Shown here: piece after piece, positions 28,894 to 44,199 of the stretch
Layout of the letters: every line of letters starts with the position of its first letter
Numbering within the stretch: the stretch's first letter is position 1
Assembly (NCBI GenBank): GCA_951406725.2
Contig: OX597826.1
Span: 55,242,001 to 55,306,000, forward strand
Length of the DNA: 64,000 bases
Reading direction: 5' to 3'
Source: Octopus vulgaris
Taxonomy: Eukaryota
Program-made: the position numbers and the translations under genes
The notes under the pieces: generated by a model
The model's input: the letters and a program-made list of their open reading frames with translations, nothing else
Database searches by the model: none
Told to the model about the DNA's origin: nothing

Positions 28894-29311
28894 TCCACAT
28901 TGCGATCAGCCTTAATATAAATCATAATTCTTTCCAGTTTTGATATAAGGCTAGCAACTTTAGAAAGAAGAGAGACGATTATATAAAGAATAATAATAAG
29001 AAGAAGAACAACAACAACAACCACAACAACAACAACATCAACAACAACAAGAAATGGGAAAGGACACCTTTTGTAAAAGGTAGTCCTAAAACTATACAAT
29101 GAATAAAATCATAGGAGGGTTACGACTAAACTGGACAGGGTCGCAGTTCAACATGATCAGAGCTGAGCTACGCTAAGCAACAGCAGCCGCAACAATAGCA
29201 ACAACAATTACACTCACTACTAGTAGACTACTGCTGCTGTTGCTGTTACTACTACTACTACTATTAGTAGCAGCAGTAGTAGTAGCAGTGGTAGTAGCAG
29301 CGGCAGCAGCT

Positions 29312-29369
<58 letters not shown>

Positions 29370-29402
29370 CAGCCGCAGCAGCAGCAGCAGTAGTAGTAGT
29401 AA

Positions 29403-29438
<36 letters not shown>

Positions 29439-29967
29439 AAGTAGTTTATGGCAGTTTACAATGAAATCTCATCGTAGTCGATTGACATACTAGAAATAAT
29501 AGCCAAATCAGCAAATCGTTGAAAGCTCTCATCAAAACGAGAAGGATACATTTCAAAACATAGGTAACGTTACAGTATAGTAGAATATGAGTACGGATGG
29601 CCACTAGTCAATTACATTCGACCATAAGTCACAGAACTATACTGCAACAACAATGAAGGAATTTCGCCATGATCTTCTGTGCCGTTGGAATTAACAACCT
29701 GATCTTCCTTAAATCACACTGTCCTTCACATTTTAGAAAATGTGAAGGACGTGTTAAATAGTCTGACCACAGATATTTCGGAGACGTACTTGTTAGGCAA
29801 GTAATTTGGTCAACGTTGAAGACAGCCATTCAAAACCCGCAAAGTCTTGACTTAATGTTTAAACATTTATTGTTTGGTGTCAAACTTTTCCTCGCACCAA
29901 TTGTAACCTGGTTAGTGACACACTTCACTACATCCGGTTTGGGACGAGGATGTTGACCAGCATATAT

Positions 29968-30168
29968 TAGAGGGGACAAACAAGGACAGACAAAGGGACT
30001 AGGTCGATTACATCGACCGCAGTGCGTAACTGGTACTTATTTAATCAAACCCAAGGGTATAAAAGGCAAAGTCGACCTCGGCGGAATTTGAACTCAGAAT
30101 GTAACGGCAGACAAAATACGGCTACACATTTCGCCCGGCGTACTATCGACTCTGCCATCTCGCCGCCC
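29968..30168 (-). mobile_element. SINE family C
   Basis: Core and head match the other copies. Confidence 0.88.
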
Positions 30169-30390
30169 TTATATTCAGCATATATGTAGCATATATTCAG
30201 TTGATCAGCATATATTGCTGTCAATGCCGGAATTTCCTGGATGGTTACTGCTGTAAGTGAGTAAATCATATCTGTTCTATCAGAACAAACCTTGGGCTAA
30301 ACAATCACACAACAGGATTAATTAGTGATTGCTGAGCTTTTAATTATTGAGACTGGGACTGCTTAAACTAGCATCTATTCCAGAAACTTT

Positions 30391-30620
30391 ATTTCACGTT
30401 GCTCCAGTACACTCAGCCGGCAAAAATTAGTTGTACCTGTTTTGCAAAGGGCCTATCTTGTCACATTCTCTGTCACGCTGAAATTCCATGAAAACTACAA
30501 AGTGTATATACGTGTATATACGTGTATATACGTGTCTGTGGAGTGCTCAGCCACCTGCCCGTCAACTGCATGGGCAGGCTGTTTCATTGATCGGGTCAAC
30601 TGGAAACCATGTCGTCGTAA
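30391..30620 (+). mobile_element. SINE family B-related 3' fragment
   Basis: tgtcacgctgaa...gtgtctgtggagtgctcagccac...gtcgtcgtaa. Confidence 0.75.
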
Positions 30621-30876
30621 TTGAGATAAATGCCAGTTTTATTTTCTTTTTATGTATTCCAGATGTTTGGTTGAGTGATGGAATAGGATTTGAACCCCAT
30701 ATACGAGAGGAGAAAGTCTGACTCAATTCCAGAGAAATCTTTCGAATTGGAATCAAATCCTCATCGTAAGTTTGATTTAGGTAAATGATCTAACAGGATT
30801 TGAACTCAGTGATTCCCAAGGAGTAAGTACAATCTCATTCATTTGATCATATTACCCAGTTCCGTATCAATACCTT

Positions 30877-31290
30877 GCAGAATTGTTAGCACGCCGGGCG
30901 AGGGCGAAATGCTTAGCTATATTTCGTCAGCCGGTACTTCGTTCTGAGTTCAAACTCCGCCGAGGTCGACCTTGCCTTTCATCCTTTCGGGGTCGATTAA
31001 ATAAGCACCGGTTATGCACTGGGGTCGATGTAATCGATTTAATCCGTTTGTCTGTCCTTGTTTGTCCCCTCTGTGTATAGTCCCTTATGGGCAGTAAAGA
31101 AACGGATATTTCGTCTGCCGGTGTTTCGTTCAAATTCCGCCGAGGTCGATTTTTGCCTTTCATCCTTTCGGAGTCAATTAAATAAGTACCGGTTATGCAC
31201 TGGGATCGTTTTAATCGGCTTTATCCCTTTGTAAGTCTTTGTTTCTCCACTCTATGTTTAGCTAGCCCCATGTGGGCAGTAAAGAAATAA
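30877..31290 (+). mobile_element. SINE family C, two internal units
   Basis: Reverse complement of the 10311-10888 units. Confidence 0.9.
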
Positions 31291-32879
31291 ATATCAATAC
31301 CATTAATCTCTTAGAAACGCCTTGTATAGAAATCGAAACCCGCTGGAAAGCTCCGTTCGCAATCTATGTAACGATGCTACAATACACATACTACTAGAAA
31401 CATTTCATAATGATCTTGATATGGCCGACACAACAGTAAATTTCTATTCAGCGTTTGAACTGTAAGGTCAAAGTGGCACATTCGTCTTATCCCTTTCTTT
31501 CATTCCTTGTATATATTCCAGTCTTTCTCTTTTCGTTGTTCCTTTATACATTCTTCTCATGCTCAGGAATTTTTGTACACTTTTCTAATCTAGTCTACTC
31601 TTTTTTTTTTTTTTTTTTGAGCTTTGCTTCTTTCTTCGCTTTCTGCAAATGCACCAATTTGCAGATATGATATATTTTAGAACAAAACATGCATGCCAGA
31701 TAATTAATGTGACTATAAAAGAAACATCCGAAACAGTGTGTGCGTGTTTACATACATACATACATACATTTGTATATGTACATATACATATAATTATGTA
31801 TGTATGTATGTATGTATATATATATATATGTATGTATATATATATGCACTTTTGCTTATATATATATATATATATACATATAATACATTATACATGACTA
31901 GAAGCGCATTCTTAAACATATACCTACATATACGTATCTACACTGAAACACGGATCTGTACAGCGGATATACATACATGTCATACATACGAGTGTGAGTT
32001 TAGTGTGATGCATGTTTGTATGTGTGTGCATATGTGCGTATTTGCGTATATGTATTCATGTATGTATAAGTGGGTGTATATGCGTATCTTGCATATATAT
32101 ATATATATATATATATACGTATGCTATCGCGTATAACAAGCATATGAGTGTTTAACGGAAGATGCATGTATACGTGTTACATATAAATACACATATTTAT
32201 ATTTGCGTATATTTGTGTATATATATGTGTGTGTGTATATGTGCGTATGTGCGAGCTTATATATACACTCGTATAACATGCAGATACATGCATACGAGCA
32301 TGTATACGCATACACGCACGTACGCGCCCAGCCATACATGCACATATACACAAACATACAGTCTTCTGTTTGCTTGTTATATATTGTCTTTTATTAATAA
32401 TTTTGCGTGAATTTAAGCCAAACAAAAATGGCTAGAAGAAACAGGAAGAACACTAGATAAAAGAAAGAGTAAACGCCAATAACATAAAACAATAAAACAA
32501 CAATTCAAAAGAAAGAAGAGAGAGGGGGAGATAGAAGGACGGAAAGAGGCAGAGACGGAGAGAGATAGAGAAAGAGAAAGAAAGAAAGAAAGAATGAAAG
32601 AAAGAAAAAAAGGAAAATCGATAGTAATTTCATTGTTGGATCGTTATTTTCACAATTCTTAAGATGGCTGCCAACAAAATTTGGTTGACGTGAACCAATC
32701 ATCCCGTAGGGTAGATTGATATCGGTCTTCAGAATTATTGATTATTAAAATTAATTTACAGTCAAACATGTAGACACATGCAGACATATGCACATACAAA
32801 CACACGCGCACACACAACCTCATATATGTATGTCTGTGTATATATATATATATATATATATGGATGGATGGATGTATGT

Positions 32880-32999
<120 letters not shown>

Positions 33000-33236
33000 T
33001 GTATATGCATTTTCGTATCTTTGGAGATGAGATTTTTCACGATATAACCCAGTTAGAGGGAAGTCGGCTCAATCCAAATACCCCAAAACGTAAGAAAATA
33101 TGTGCAGTGGAGAGGAAGATAAACTACTGTAACAAATCCATGGATATTCTTATCTTCTTTACATTCTGAGACTGCATCAAGCATTACTTGTATATATATA
33201 TACGCATGTGTGTGTGGATGTATGTGTAAGTGTGTT

Positions 33237-33271
<35 letters not shown>

Positions 33272-33369
33272 GTATGTAGATGTGTGTGAATGTATATAAT
33301 TATATATATATATCTGCGTGTATGTATGTGTATGCATGTATGTAAGTTTATATGTGTGTGTGTGTGTCC

Positions 33370-33605
33370 ATAGCTTAGTGGATGGGGTGTTGAACTCAAT
33401 ATCGTAAGTTTGTGGCTTCGATTCCTGAACAGAGCGATGCGTTGAGTTCTTCAGCAAAACACTTTTTACTCTCAGTCCACTACAGTCCAGTCAGCTACCA
33501 AGAAAAAGGAATAATCCTACGATAGACAGGCGTCCCGTCCAGGGTAATACATACATCACTGGAACCAGAAAACCGGCCCTATGAATCTATATGACTCGTG
33601 GAGGA
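33370..33605 (+). mobile_element. Decayed tRNA-headed SINE with V-domain-like core
   Basis: tagcttagtgg...ttcgattcc head; cctacgatagacaggcgtcccgtccagggt resembles the V-SINE central domain. Confidence 0.6.
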
Positions 33606-33717
33606 TATATATATATACGATAGTGGTACAAAAATGCACCAATATTTACTAGTGCTTTGTTTTATTGGATAGACAAAAAACAGACGTATTAGTATAACGC
33701 TCGGGAAGTGAAAAAGT

Positions 33718-33753
33718 CTTTAACATTTTGAGCCTACGCTCTTCCACAGAAAG
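33718..33753 (-). ncRNA. Hammerhead-like motif, CUGUNGA variant family, copy 2 (CpG-decayed)
   Basis: Minus strand: cttt CTGTGGA a GAGC-gtag-GCTC AAAA TG TT aaag. Confidence 0.45.
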
Positions 33754-33876
33754 GAACACAGGAAGAAACAAGGAGAGAAAATAAAGAAAAGGAAATAAAT
33801 AAGCCTGTATATATATGTGTGTGTGTGCATATATATGCACACACACACACACACACACACCCACACACACACACAC

Positions 33877-33938
<62 letters not shown>

Positions 33939-34125
33939 TAAGCAATTAAGGGTTTAGCAACGAATTGCCTTACAACACACCGAATTTAGAAATAGCAGTC
34001 AAAGAGATTATAGCTATTTCTTCTACTAAAAGGGAGATCACAGTAAAGACACAGCACTTGAAAGGCAAACACAAACAGGTAAGAAAGAATGAATTAACGG
34101 CAATCTATCATACAGTTTTAAGTCA

Positions 34126-34217
34126 CCTACGGACGTACGTTTCGAGATCAAGTCTTAGGAAAGCATAAGAATTAGATAACTCTACCTTACCCAAACTTCT
34201 TCTTTCATCAGCGCAGG
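34126..34217 (-). ncRNA. Type I hammerhead ribozyme (inverted copy)
   Basis: Reverse complement of 34864-34955. Confidence 0.75.
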
Positions 34218-34863
34218 ATACAAACAATCATGAATGATTGAATATTGAATTTTGAGATACTAGAAGGCACCAACTCAACTCAGTATCAGAGCGAGCTAGA
34301 AGCCATAGCTAGTATCACCAAATTCCTTATGCTTTCCTAAGACTTGATCTCGAAACGTACGTCCGTAGGTGACTTAAAACTGTATGATAGATTGCCGTTA
34401 ATTCATTCTTTCTTACCTGTTTGTGTTTGCCTTTCAAGTGCTGTGTCTTTACTGTGATCTCCCTTTTAGTAGAAGAAATAGCTATAATCTCTTTGACTGC
34501 TATTTCTAAATTCGGTGTGTGGTAAGGCAATTCGTTGCTAAACCCTTAATTGCTTAGTATTACTTAAATTTTCCTCGAATGAGGCTTTTACATGCCGAAG
34601 ACTACTTGGTGTAATTGATAATTATTCCAAATTAATTAATTTCACCCTTCATTGTTACTCATAACCATATTCATCCCAGTAAATGACCACAGCACTTTGT
34701 CTTGGCTACACGCGGGTGGGAGGGGACTGGTGACACAAGCTTTCATTCATACTTTGAATTTGGTGATACTAGCTGTGGTTTCTAGCTCGCTCTGATACTG
34801 AGTTGAGTTGGTGCCTTCTAGTATCTCAAAATTCAATATTCAATCATTCATGATTGTTTGTAT

Positions 34864-34955
34864 CCTGCGCTGATGAAAGAAGAAGTCTGGGTAAGGTAGA
34901 GTTATCTAATTCTTATGCTTTCCTAAGACTTGATCTCGAAACGTACGTCCGTAGG
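34864..34955 (+). ncRNA. Type I hammerhead ribozyme
   Basis: CCTGCG CTGATGA [61-nt imperfect stem II, incl. AAGTCT/AGACTT] GAAA CGTACG TC CGTAGG; palindromic stem III ACGTACGT; predicted GUC cut after 34949. Confidence 0.78.
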
Positions 34956-35243
34956 TGACTTAAAACTGTATGATAGATTGCCGTTAATTCATTCTTTCTT
35001 ACCTGTTTGTGTTTGCCTTTCAAGTGCTGTGTCTTTACTGTGATCTCCCTTTTAGTAGAAGAAATAGCTATAATCTCTTTGACTGCTATTTCTAAATTCG
35101 GTGTGTTGTAAGGCAATTCGTTGCTAAACCCTTAATTGCTTAGTATTACTTAAATTTTCCTCGAATGAGGCTTTTACATGCCGAAGACTACTTGGTGTAA
35201 TTGATAATTATTCCAAATTAATTAATTTCACCCTTCATTGTTA

Positions 35244-35515
<272 letters not shown>

Positions 35516-35530
35516 GTATATGTATATGTG

Positions 35531-35581
<51 letters not shown>

Positions 35582-35872
35582 CGAGAGAGAGAGAGAGAGA
35601 GAGAGAGAAATACAAAGGCAATTCTAATTACCAGTAAATTTTCTTGCAACGTAAATTTAAATCAATACCTACCCACCTTCCCTCCTTCCTTCCTACCTAC
35701 CTATCTATCTACCTACAAACTTACCTACATATACATATATATATATGCGCACACACAAGCGCACACTTATGCGCGCACACGCACGTATATATATGCTCAT
35801 ACCGGAGTAAATACATAATTGTGAAACAAGGTGGAAAAAAGAGTACTCCAATACCAGAAGTAGAGTAATGTG

Positions 35873-36040
35873 CTTTATTTAAAAGCAGCAGAAAATATAA
35901 CAAAAGCTGTTACTCAGAGTTGCACGTTCCTGTTCATCGGACAGTTTTGTTAACAAAACTGTCCAATGAATGGGAACGGGAAACTCTGAGTAACAGCTTT
36001 TGTTATATGTTGTTATATTTTCTGCTGCTTTTAAATAAAG
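35873..36040. repeat. Spacerless inverted repeat (about 79-bp arms) built from two hammerhead-like copies
   Basis: Centre GTTTTGTT|AACAAAAC at 35951/35952; arm consensus ctgt CCGATGA acg-ggaa-cgt GAAA CTC-t-GAG TA acag. Confidence 0.85.
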
Positions 36041-36067
36041 TATATATACTCATATACATATATATGA

Positions 36068-36335
36068 AGGCTCAGGCGTGGTTGTGTGGTAAGAAGCTTT
36101 CTTCACAACCACATGGTTCCGAGTTCACTCTCACTGCGTTGCATTTTGCCCAACTGTCTTCTACTATAGCCTTTTGGACCGACCAAAGCCTTGTGAGTGG
36201 ATTTGGTAGACGGAAACTGAAAGACCGATAGAATAAGTACTAGGCTTACAAAGAATAAGCCATCGGGTCGATTTCTTCGATTAAAGGTGGTGCTCCAGCT
36301 CGGCCGCATTCAAAAGACTGACACAAATAAAAGAA
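36068..36335 (+). mobile_element. SINE family A with internal deletion
   Basis: Head joined to the 3' half at gaaactgaaagaccgatag. Confidence 0.85.
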
Positions 36336-36518
36336 TTTATGCATATATGTAAATGCGATTCTATAATTCTTTACAAGTCACAAGGAATTTTATAATATAT
36401 CGTTTAGTAGTGAGGGTTTTTTTTTTATCAGTAAATGCTTTGTTGTTCTTAAACTGACTTTTGAATAATAAACTTTACCTTAAATTAACACATATACACA
36501 CAAATATATGTTTATGTG

Positions 36519-36634
<116 letters not shown>

Positions 36635-37064
36635 ACACACACACACACATATACACGTACATAAATCTTCACATATCTGTACATTCATACATACGTAGAT
36701 ATACACATACATATCTGTATATACGTATACACACACACATATATACACACATATATACACACATACAGCGTAAGGGAGGGAGAGAGTAAGCGACAAAGAA
36801 AGAGAAATATGTGTGAAATAAAAACAAAAACAATGGCCGCTCGGTTTCTTTTCGCTTCATTTTGACATTTACGGCATAATACTGAACTGAAAGCGCGCCG
36901 CTGTTTTAAACATCTCAAAATCAGTGGCAAATCGGTAAAATTTCGAAATCGTATAATGGAAAATTCATGTAAAGGATATGATTGAAAAATACGTTTCTGT
37001 TCTATATTTTTTCTATGTCACGCGTAAATCTGCATTGCATCGTACAGCGGTGCTGTATGCGTAC

Positions 37065-37113
<49 letters not shown>

Positions 37114-37371
37114 GAATGTATGCATGTATTTTGTATGTGAGTATTTATGTATGGGGATTGGTGTCTGTTGTCATTATACTGGAAAGAGAAGAATGTAACG
37201 AGAGAGAAAAGAAGAAGGCTAATAAGAGAAACAACCGTGGAATTGAGAGACAGAAAAAGAAAGAGTGTGAGAGAGTGTAAGAGAGAAGAGGGACTGGGAA
37301 AAAAGAGAGAGAGAGAGAAACGTGAACGAGCCAAAAAGCTAAGAAACGTGTAGAAGATATGAAGAGAATAT

Positions 37372-37433
<62 letters not shown>

Positions 37434-37799
37434 GATAGAGAGGAGAAAGAAAGTGGGTGAGACAAATAGGGGGAAAGAGAGCAAGAAGATGGATAAAAAG
37501 GGAGAAAGATTGAGAAGAGCTGTGGAGGGGATTTTGTGAATAAGTTGTAGTCTGGTATCAAGCGCGATGACAATGGTGACCACGTTGTTTTTGATATTTG
37601 CTAAGCACTAAACGACATCGCGGAATATGCAACAAGATAAAGGAGGACAAGACGACATAAAAGAAATACTTTAACAGATGGGATGCGCTTTATATATTCA
37701 CATATACGCGTGGTGTCGGCTCAGCGCTGTCGAGTGGTTAAAAAGTTCGTATCGAAACCCGTGAGATCCCGGGTTCCAATCCATGGACTGATATATTTT

Positions 37800-38152
37800 T
37801 TTAATTCTTTTAGAAGTTTTAGTCATTTGACTGCGGTCATGCTGGAGCACCGCTTTAACTGGTTTTAGTCGAAGAAATCGACCCCCAAGACTTATAATTT
37901 GTAAGCCTAATACTTATTTAATAGGCCGATTTTTGCCGAACCGTTAAGCTACGGGGACATAAACACGCCAGCATCGGTTGTCAAGCGATGGTGGGGGGAA
38001 AACGCAAACACATACACACACATACACACATACATTCTGTGTACCAAACCCACTCACAAGGTTTTGGTCGACCCGAAGCTATAGCAGAAGACACTCACCC
38101 AAGGTGCCACGCAGTGGGACTGAACCCGGAACCCGGAATGTGGTTGGGAAGC
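37800..38152 (-). mobile_element. SINE family A
   Basis: Reverse complement of 38667-39100. Confidence 0.88.
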
Positions 38153-38666
38153 ATCTGATACAAATTTTATTTTCTATTGTTTCAGGATGGCCCATACCTT
38201 GTAAATGAAATTGAGTAAACTGAATCTGTGTAGAATCATGTCAGGCTGATTGTACCAGTAATTCAAGCGGTACAGTATGTGAAACAAACTGCATGATGCT
38301 GATCTTGCCTGAGAGTTATGTCAGTGTTACATTACACATATCCGTGGAATTCTCAAGAACGTAATCGTTAATACAAGGGCAGATAATTCGCTCGATCGAA
38401 CAAGTGAATCATCATCGACAAACGATGGAGATCCACAACTGTGATAACACGTGCAATAAAACTCCGTGCGTGCGATATGGTCATTTGAAAACTTTTATGG
38501 ATAAGAACTATGCATGCAATGAGTAAACAAGCATATCCTTTACCGTACGGGAAAATTGAAGCGAGGCAAATAACTTCAATGAAATCATCTAAGAAAATAC
38601 TTTTGAGAATATAAACCACACAGATAATGATAGTTCTTCATTTTAATGGCAGTTGATGAAAGTAAG

Positions 38667-38843
38667 GGCGAGTGGCTGTGTGGTAAGTAGCTTGCTAACC
38701 AACCACATGGTTCCGGGTTCAGTCCCACTGCGTGGCATCTTGGGCAAGTGTCTTCTGCTATAGCCCCGGGCCGACCAATGCCTTGTGAGTGGATTTGGTA
38801 GACGGAAACTGAAAGAAGCCTGTCGTATATATGTATATATATA

Positions 38844-38874
<31 letters not shown>

Positions 38875-39100
38875 TTGTGTGTCTGTGTTTGTCCCCCTAG
38901 CATTGCTTGACAACCGATGCTGGTGTGTTTACGTCCCTGTCACTTAGCCGTTCGGCAAAAGAGACCGAAAGAATAAGTACTGGGCTTACAAAGAATAAGT
39001 CCCGGGGTCGATTTGCTCGACTAAAGGCGGTGCTCCAGCATGGCCGCAGTCAAATGACTGAAACAAGTAAAAGAGAGTAAGAGTAAAAGAGTAAAGAGTA
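38667..39100 (+). mobile_element. tRNA-derived SINE family A, full length
   Basis: A/B-box-like head (tggctgtgtgg...ggttcagtccc), ttgggcaagt CORE-like motif, internal microsatellite, (AAGAGTA)n tail. Confidence 0.93.
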
Positions 39101-39671
39101 TATAGCTGATCCGAATTCACTACAATACACATGAGATGGTGAACTGAAGATGGTGATCTCAGAACGCTTTTGTCATAAAACTTTAATTAGTTCTAGAATG
39201 GTCCTTTTGGAAGTTGCTACGATGGTATCATGTGATCTTCGTAATTTTTGAAAATCCTCGTAAGTCCATAAACTTTTTTCCTTCCAGTAAGGATTGTCGC
39301 AAAGGTGACAACTGAAGCACACACACACAGACACACACACACACACACACAGCCATATCCAGATTTATATATATATATGTGTGCGTGTGAGTATCTGTTT
39401 GTGTATGTGTGCGTATGATACACACACACACACATACGTGTCTTCATTATGCTTACCCCCCATCGCCATTACATGACAGATAATGCTGGTTTCTTTACGT
39501 TCACGTAACACAGGGGTTCGGCAAGTAATACCGATATGATAAGTAACAGGCTTAAAAACGAAAATAATAATGGCATCAGTTTCTTCTACTTTACCCTTCT
39601 AGGTGGTGCCCTAGCAGTCTGACGACTCATATGGAAGACAAACTAATACATACACACACACACACATGGAA

Positions 39672-40577
<906 letters not shown>

Positions 40578-40931
40578 TAAATAAAATAAAACATATGCAT
40601 ATATATATAAACATATAATACGTACCTACCTCTACATGTACATATACACGCATATATGAGTACAGGACACCAAAAGGTCGTCGAACACAATGAGAAACGA
40701 AAACATAGACACAAACCAAAGGAACTGGACATTTTTTTAAAAACACCAAAAAAATAGAGTACAGGACAATTAACACAAAGAACAAACCCCTTCTTCAGTC
40801 GCTAAAGGTTTCATCTACTCAACGTTTCGAAGGATAAAGCGAGACGTATCTTCGACAAGAAAACTTTCCTTCCTGCGAAAAGCAAATCAATTAAAATTCT
40901 GAGATCTTTTCGCAGGGGGTAAAAAATGGTG

Positions 40932-40969
<38 letters not shown>

Positions 40970-41390
40970 AGGAATAAGGACATTTTTGAGACTACGACAA
41001 TCCTGTCTTGCAATCTGAGCCTTGATTATCTCAAGCGAAATCAGATAACGCAAAGAAAACACTTCAGTAGATCTGTGCAAACGTTAGAAATTCGATGTAG
41101 ACACATTGCGTTAAGTGTTAAATCTTTTTCGTTTGAATGTATTATTTTGTCTAGCTACGTGTTCGAAGGCGTATCGCGTCCCTGTCGTTTCGCTGAAACA
41201 ATCTCAATGTCAGAGAGAAACATTTTTACTTGATTGCAAGAGAAATAAATCGTCTACCTTACACACAAATTGAACAGGAAATTTCGGGGAGCAAATTCCT
41301 GGTCTTAGAAGAAAATGAGGTACACAGACCACTAACACACACAGCGCGTGTACGTATATACGACCACAGATATTAATACACACACAAACG

Positions 41391-41478
<88 letters not shown>

Positions 41479-41523
41479 TTAATCTATCTGTATATATAGA
41501 TATAATCTATCTATCTATTTATC

Positions 41524-41554
<31 letters not shown>

Positions 41555-41584
41555 TTATCTATCTGTCTGTCTGTCAATCTACCT

Positions 41585-41647
<63 letters not shown>

Positions 41648-41656
41648 GTCTGTGTA

Positions 41657-41688
<32 letters not shown>

Positions 41689-41693
41689 GTCTG

Positions 41694-41728
<35 letters not shown>

Positions 41729-41736
41729 GTCTGTCA

Positions 41737-41770
<34 letters not shown>

Positions 41771-42357
41771 ATATATATATATATCTATCTATCTATCTAT
41801 TTGTATACCTATTTATCTATCCTCTGTTTATTCTCCCCCCTCCCTCTCTGTATATATGTTTATGTTTGTATATATGTATGTATATAAAATTGTTCTCAAC
41901 TGAAGAACGTGTAGGATGAGAGATATAGATATAACGTACAACACACCAGTAACCTCCCTCCCCCCGGCACACACACACCGCAAGCCCCTCCTACATCACA
42001 TGAAACAAACCGCCTCCCCCACCTAAACGTTCTTTTATTTCATCCCACGTTTCATAAGAATTGAATTTTATTAATACTCCTGGTCACTAGGCCGTGGAGA
42101 AATCATAAGGCTGCGTGTTTATGTGTGTGTGTGTGTGCGTGTTTGTGTGTATGTGTGCGTGGCTCTGTGTGTGTGTGTGTGTATGCGTTTGTGCATCGGT
42201 GTGTCCGTGGAAGTGTGTCTATTGTTGTGTATATATATATATCAATGTGTGTATACGTGTGGACGTATGTGGGTTTGCGTGAGTATGTGTGTTCCAGGTT
42301 CATGGTCCATTAACGTTTTGCAATTTAAACAGAGATTTATTATTGTAATTGTTGTGA

Positions 42358-42417
<60 letters not shown>

Positions 42418-42961
42418 CAGCAGCAGCAGAAGCAGCAGCAGGAGTAGTAGTAGTAGTAGTGGTGGTGGTGGTGGTTGTGGTTTTCGTGGTGGTGGTGGTG
42501 GTGGTGGTGGTAGTGTTGGTATTGGAGAGGGTGGTGCTGTAGTTCTAGGTGTTGGTGCCTATAGTAGTGGTGCTGGTATTGCGCGTGGTGGGGTTGGTGT
42601 TGGCGTTGGTAGTGGCTGAGGAAGTTTTCTTATACGTAGTTATCGTAGTTCCTAGAGGGATGTTCTCTTCTTAGTAGTTCTGTCTGTTGTTCTTTTTCTT
42701 GCCGCCAATTTTGTTGCTGTTGTTGAGCCACAGATCAACAATAATCCATCAAACCTATGGTCAGATGTATAAATCCAGTGATAATCTCGTATTTTATTAA
42801 GCCCTTTGAATCATGAACAACATTAACCAACGATTCCTTTTCAAAGACTGCGGGGTGTGATTTAAGAGAACTCTGCTGCAATTTCTAGCCCGCACTTGGT
42901 CCCTCATTACGTCATGCTCTATAAATGTATAGAGGAAGTGCTCTCTGTCTGTCTGTCTGTC

Positions 42962-43005
<44 letters not shown>

Positions 43006-43322
43006 CCTCTGTATTTGTGTACCATTTCTCCGTTTTTATCCCGTCCTTGTTTTCGTATACATCCGCTGGTTTCTTCCAAGGAATCTAATGCTCTTAGCTT
43101 AGTTTTCCCTTGGGGATGGCCATATTGGAGCAATCTCGAGTATAACCAGCCGAAATTGCAAAGATAATCTGGAATTCGCCTGAGGAAAGAAAACTTCTAA
43201 TGGCCGTCACCACCCGTGTTTTTTCTTGTCCCCCCTTTATATCATATGTCTGGACATTTTGTCCCTTTTTTGTATCACTTAGCTGTCTGGATGTTTTGCG
43301 TTCTTGTCCCACTTTTTCTATT

Positions 43323-43363
<41 letters not shown>

Positions 43364-44199
43364 TCACACATACACATACATATGCATATATGTATTTGTA
43401 TATGTATACATGTGCCTGAACGTGTATATATTTATCGTTAAAAGCGTGAAATTGTAATGATTTTTGAGACAATAACTGACAAGGAATGTGCTCGTCCTTA
43501 CCTTGTGTGTGTATTTTCTGTTTTTGTCGTGATTCTGTTGAACTTTTTAAACTGGATAAGTTTATATATGAGTACACATATACACACACATACACAGACG
43601 CACAGATATACTCACACATATGAATAAACAAGCGAAAGCAAGTAGCTCTCAGCACATTTTGTGGGATCACCATGCATTTAATAACAATTTGACTCATACC
43701 GTGTTCAAGGGATCAAAACACATCCGCATTGTCAGATATTCGGCCACAGAACAGTGGAGTTTGAAATAACTTCAAATTGCTTCGAGGTATGGGTATTGAA
43801 ACCTCTGTTGTACTATTCGGTTCGCGTTGGATATCTTACTGTGATAGCAAATTATTTTCTACATGTTTTCGGCATACCAAATTTAGGCGTATTTACTTGT
43901 CATACAGTAGGATGCGGTATTCCAGCGATAAAGTTAAAACGTGAGGAAGTGAACAATTTATTACTGTCAAGTAAAATTTTGAGTTTGAACAAACGACATG
44001 TGTAATAATAAACTGCGATCTCTAAGGGCAATAGGAATTTATATATCTTGCCATTGATCATAGGTGTTTCAGCTAGGCCTGTGTTGGTATATCATATCAT
44101 TACTAAGATTTATGACATGTGCTTACACTGCATATATTTTAGTAATGATAAACATGGGATACATTTCTTATTGACAGATAATGCAGGATATTGGAATAT

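Noticed and set aside
33965-35116. Three near-identical 67-aa ORFs
   Set aside because: By-product of the repeat structure, non-ATG start, antisense to the ribozyme, no recognisable motif
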